NCBI GenBank assembly: GCA_963732445.1
Contig: CAVSZJ010000008.1
Span: 192,746 to 256,745 of the forward strand
Origin: Vicinamibacterales bacterium
GTDB lineage: Bacteria; Acidobacteriota; Vicinamibacteria; Vicinamibacterales; JAMQPK01
DNA length: 64,000 nt
Direction: 5' to 3'
Made by a program: the position numbers and the translations under genes. The first letter of the stretch is position 1. The number at the start of each line of letters is the position of its first letter. Shown here piece after piece: positions 61,587 through 64,000 of this stretch. The notes under the pieces were generated by a model that was not told where the DNA came from, did no database searches, and was given only the letters and a program-made list of their open reading frames with translations.

Positions 61587-61610
61587 GTAGCGCAGGACTT
61601 CAGTCCTGCC
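61587..61610. repeat. REP palindrome GTAGCGCAGGACTTCAGTCCTGCC
   Basis: 8-bp arms GCAGGACT/AGTCCTGC. Contains the stop codon (61600..61602, minus strand) of the serine hydrolase gene. Confidence 0.85.
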
Positions 61611-62610
61611 GGGCACCCAGCGGCGCGACGATGAGATGCTCGATAATCTCGTCGACCGTGCGCCGATGGTCCCGTCGATCTTCGCTTACCGTCGCGGCGG
61701 ACGTCGACACCACCGTCAGCTCGAGGCTCGGGACAATCACGATGTACTGGCCGCCGAACCCCCACGCGTAACAGGCTTTAAGTCCGGCCATCTCGCGCAT
61801 CCACCAGCCGTAGCCGTACTCGCGTCCGCTGATCCGCGACCGGCCTCGAGGCTCGAATGTGTCGTCGATGAATTTTTTCGACACAATCTGCCGGCCGTCC
61901 ACCTGTCCGCTATTGCGGTACATCTCGCCGAACGCCAGCATTTGCCGCGGGGTCATCACCATCTCGTTGCCGCCGAAGTAAACGCCTTGTGGGTCGCGTG
62001 GCCATGGTGACAAGGAGAAGCCCAGCGGCTTTGCGACCGCCTCCTGCGCAAACTGCCACGTGTTCTTGCCGACCGCCCTGGTGAGAATCGCCGACAGAAG
62101 GTGGCTGTTCCCGGTGCTGTAGATCATCTGCGTACCCGGAGCCGCCAGCAGCGGCTTCGCCAGCGCGTGACGAACCCAATTCGAGCTCTGCACCCAGGCG
62201 CCGTAGTTGCGGCTGCTCGTCGATTCGAGCCCGGACCTCATCGTCAGAAGATCCTCAACGGTGATGGCGCGCTTGGCCGGATCCGTCAGGTCGGGAAAGT
62301 ACTTCCCGATCGGATCACCCAGCGACAGCAGCTTACGATCCGCCGCAATGCCGACGAGCGCGGCGATGACACTCTTGGAAACCGATTTGACGTTCGCGGG
62401 CGTGGTCGCGCGCCGGCCGTTGAAGTACTGCTCGAGCAGAAGGGTGCCTCGATGCGAAACCAGGAGACTGTGGAGTCGAGGTAGCTGGCGCGCCGCCTCG
62501 ACAGCGGGGTCGAGAACGGTCGAGGCTGCGGCGATCGTCAGCGGTAGCCCGGAGCCGACAGCAAAGCACACGCAGGCGAGGATTATGGCGAGCCGCGCGC
62601 GACGCATCAT
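61600..62610 (-). CDS. serine hydrolase (class C beta-lactamase/PBP-related)
   Basis: Signal MMRRARLAIILACVCFAVG; SVSK (SxxK) motif; YSTGNSHLL; WGFGGQYIVIVP. Confidence 0.8.
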   Translation of the reverse strand: MMRRARLAIILACVCFAVGSGLPLTIAAASTVLDPAVEAARQLPRLHSLLVSHRGTLLLEQYFNGRRATTPANVKSVSKSVIAALVGIAADRKLLSLGDPIGKYFPDLTDPAKRAITVEDLLTMRSGLESTSSRNYGAWVQSSNWVRHALAKPLLAAPGTQMIYSTGNSHLLSAILTRAVGKNTWQFAQEAVAKPLGFSLSPWPRDPQGVYFGGNEMVMTPRQMLAFGEMYRNSGQVDGRQIVSKKFIDDTFEPRGRSRISGREYGYGWWMREMAGLKACYAWGFGGQYIVIVPSLELTVVSTSAATVSEDRRDHRRTVDEIIEHLIVAPLGARQD

Positions 62611-62631
62611 TAGAAGTATAAAGGGGGCCCG

Positions 62632-63033
62632 ATGAGTCCGCTTATCGTTCGGATAGTTCGCGTCAGTCTGGCGGCGATGTTCATGTTCACAGGGGCGAGC
62701 CACTTCTCCAGCCTGAAGCACGACATGGCCGCAATGATCCCGCCGCCCTTCACGGGCGCATTGTGGGTGATCTACGCAACAGGCATTCTCGAGATCGCCG
62801 GCGGGCTGGGCTTGTTGTTGACGCGATGGCGAAAACGGGCCGCCTGGGGTCTTGTCGCACTGCTTGTGGCGGTGCTTCCCGCGAACATCTATGCCGCGCT
62901 CAGCGGAGTCGCGATCGGCGGCCACCCGCCCTTCGCCCTCTGGTGGCGCGTGCCTCTTCAGCTGCTCTGGATAGGGCTGCTGTGGTGGTCGTCGATCCGC
63001 GCCAGCAATGCGCGCAGGTCGCGCCAGCCGTAG
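62632..63033 (+). CDS. DoxX-like small membrane protein
   Basis: 133-aa ORF, 4 hydrophobic segments; RIVRVSLAAMFMFTGASHF..GILEIAGGLGLL. Confidence 0.65.
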   Translation: MSPLIVRIVRVSLAAMFMFTGASHFSSLKHDMAAMIPPPFTGALWVIYATGILEIAGGLGLLLTRWRKRAAWGLVALLVAVLPANIYAALSGVAIGGHPPFALWWRVPLQLLWIGLLWWSSIRASNARRSRQP

Positions 63034-63584
63034 TTGCCCGTGCCCGGATCGTCGTCCGTCTTGACGGCGCCGAGCGCGGTCCACACCTTGCTCGAAGGGT
63101 TGCGCGCATCTCCGAACAGCCACATCGAGTCGATGCCTCGGTTCAAAAACTGTCGCGCAACCGCCGCGATGAGACGGCTTCCAAGACCCACACCTTGATA
63201 CTCGCGAAGCAGATAAATCTTGCCTAGCTCTCCGGCGTACTCGGGATGGCTGCTGCGGCCGCCTTGCGCAAACCCAATGAGACCGCCGCGGCAATCTTCG
63301 ACCACGAAGCAGAACCAGTCAGGATCATTCTTCGCAAATGCCTGCCGCCATTGAGCGTCGCGAATGTTCTCGGTCGGTCCTTTGACCAGCAGCGGCGCAT
63401 ACGTCGCGTTCCACGTCTTGACGTGCAATCGCGCGAGCCCTGGCAGGTCCGCAACGGTCGCCTGACGGATCACGAGCGAATCCACGGCTTCGCCTCGCGC
63501 TCGAAGGCGCCGAACATTCGCACTCCTCGACGGCCGCCCAAGGCCTGCCATGAACCGCCACGCCGCGAAAACCACCCTCTTCAT
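62958..63584 (-). CDS. GNAT family N-acetyltransferase (true start probably downstream of 63584)
   Basis: IRQATVADLPGLARLH; LREYQGVGLGSRLIAAV (acetyl-CoA Q/RxxGxG/A motif). Confidence 0.7.
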   Translation of the reverse strand: MKRVVFAAWRFMAGLGRPSRSANVRRLRARGEAVDSLVIRQATVADLPGLARLHVKTWNATYAPLLVKGPTENIRDAQWRQAFAKNDPDWFCFVVEDCRGGLIGFAQGGRSSHPEYAGELGKIYLLREYQGVGLGSRLIAAVARQFLNRGIDSMWLFGDARNPSSKVWTALGAVKTDDDPGTGNYGWRDLRALLARIDDHHSSPIQSS

Positions 63585-63606
63585 CTTCTTGCCGCAGAAA
63601 GACGAA

Positions 63607-64000
<394 letters not shown>

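Overview
High-GC bacterial chromosomal segment (roughly two-thirds G+C by eye), most likely Acidobacteriota. That assignment is an inference from two tandem 'VWFA-related Acidobacterial domain' proteins, a CarboxypepD_reg-type TonB-dependent receptor, and Ser/Thr kinases with PD40/TolB beta-propeller ectodomains. I recognise about 57 protein genes. I saw no rRNA, tRNA, CRISPR array, transposase or integrase.

Layout:
- 0.4-3.8 kb: cupin/PMI-like, TIM-barrel and Gfo/Idh/MocA trio.
- 3.9-7.3 kb: D-2-hydroxyacid dehydrogenase, a divergent enolase paralogue and an MtnK-like kinase.
- 7.3-18.1 kb: L-rhamnose/rhamnogalacturonan locus (ABC transporter, rhaM, rhaB, fused aldolase/SDR, cytochrome c, GH105).
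- 18-26 kb: mixed housekeeping genes (YyaL-like, isocitrate DH-like, acyltransferase, proline DH, DinB, cupin, mgsA, Yip1, SWIB).
- 26-29.5 kb: Ser/Thr kinase bracketed by direct repeats of a RidA gene.
- 30-41.4 kb: same-strand run of secreted/outer-membrane proteins (PQQ dehydrogenase, TBDR, 2x VWFA, NHL, orphan).
- 41.4-50.4 kb: minus-strand run lepB, PQQ-DH, dihaem cytochrome c, TIM, Gfo, TIM(TAT), PIG-L, MFS.
- 50.6-64 kb: lipocalin-like, beta-propeller, second kinase, NRAMP, M16 peptidase pair, small accessory genes, transketolase-like 3' end.

Two global peculiarities:
1. In the first ~31 kb almost every gene is broken by single-nucleotide insertions, always insertions. This probably reflects sequence quality, so gene coordinates there are whole-gene reconstructions across frames.
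2. Most intergenic spacers carry a locus-specific short tandem repeat arranged as inverted arms, plus two palindromic REP families. Some of these run in frame into coding regions.

I found no recognisable defence or mobile system. The most interesting candidates are the repeat architecture, the RidA-flanked kinase, the enolase-paralogue/MtnK-like module and the TBDR-VWFA-NHL cluster.
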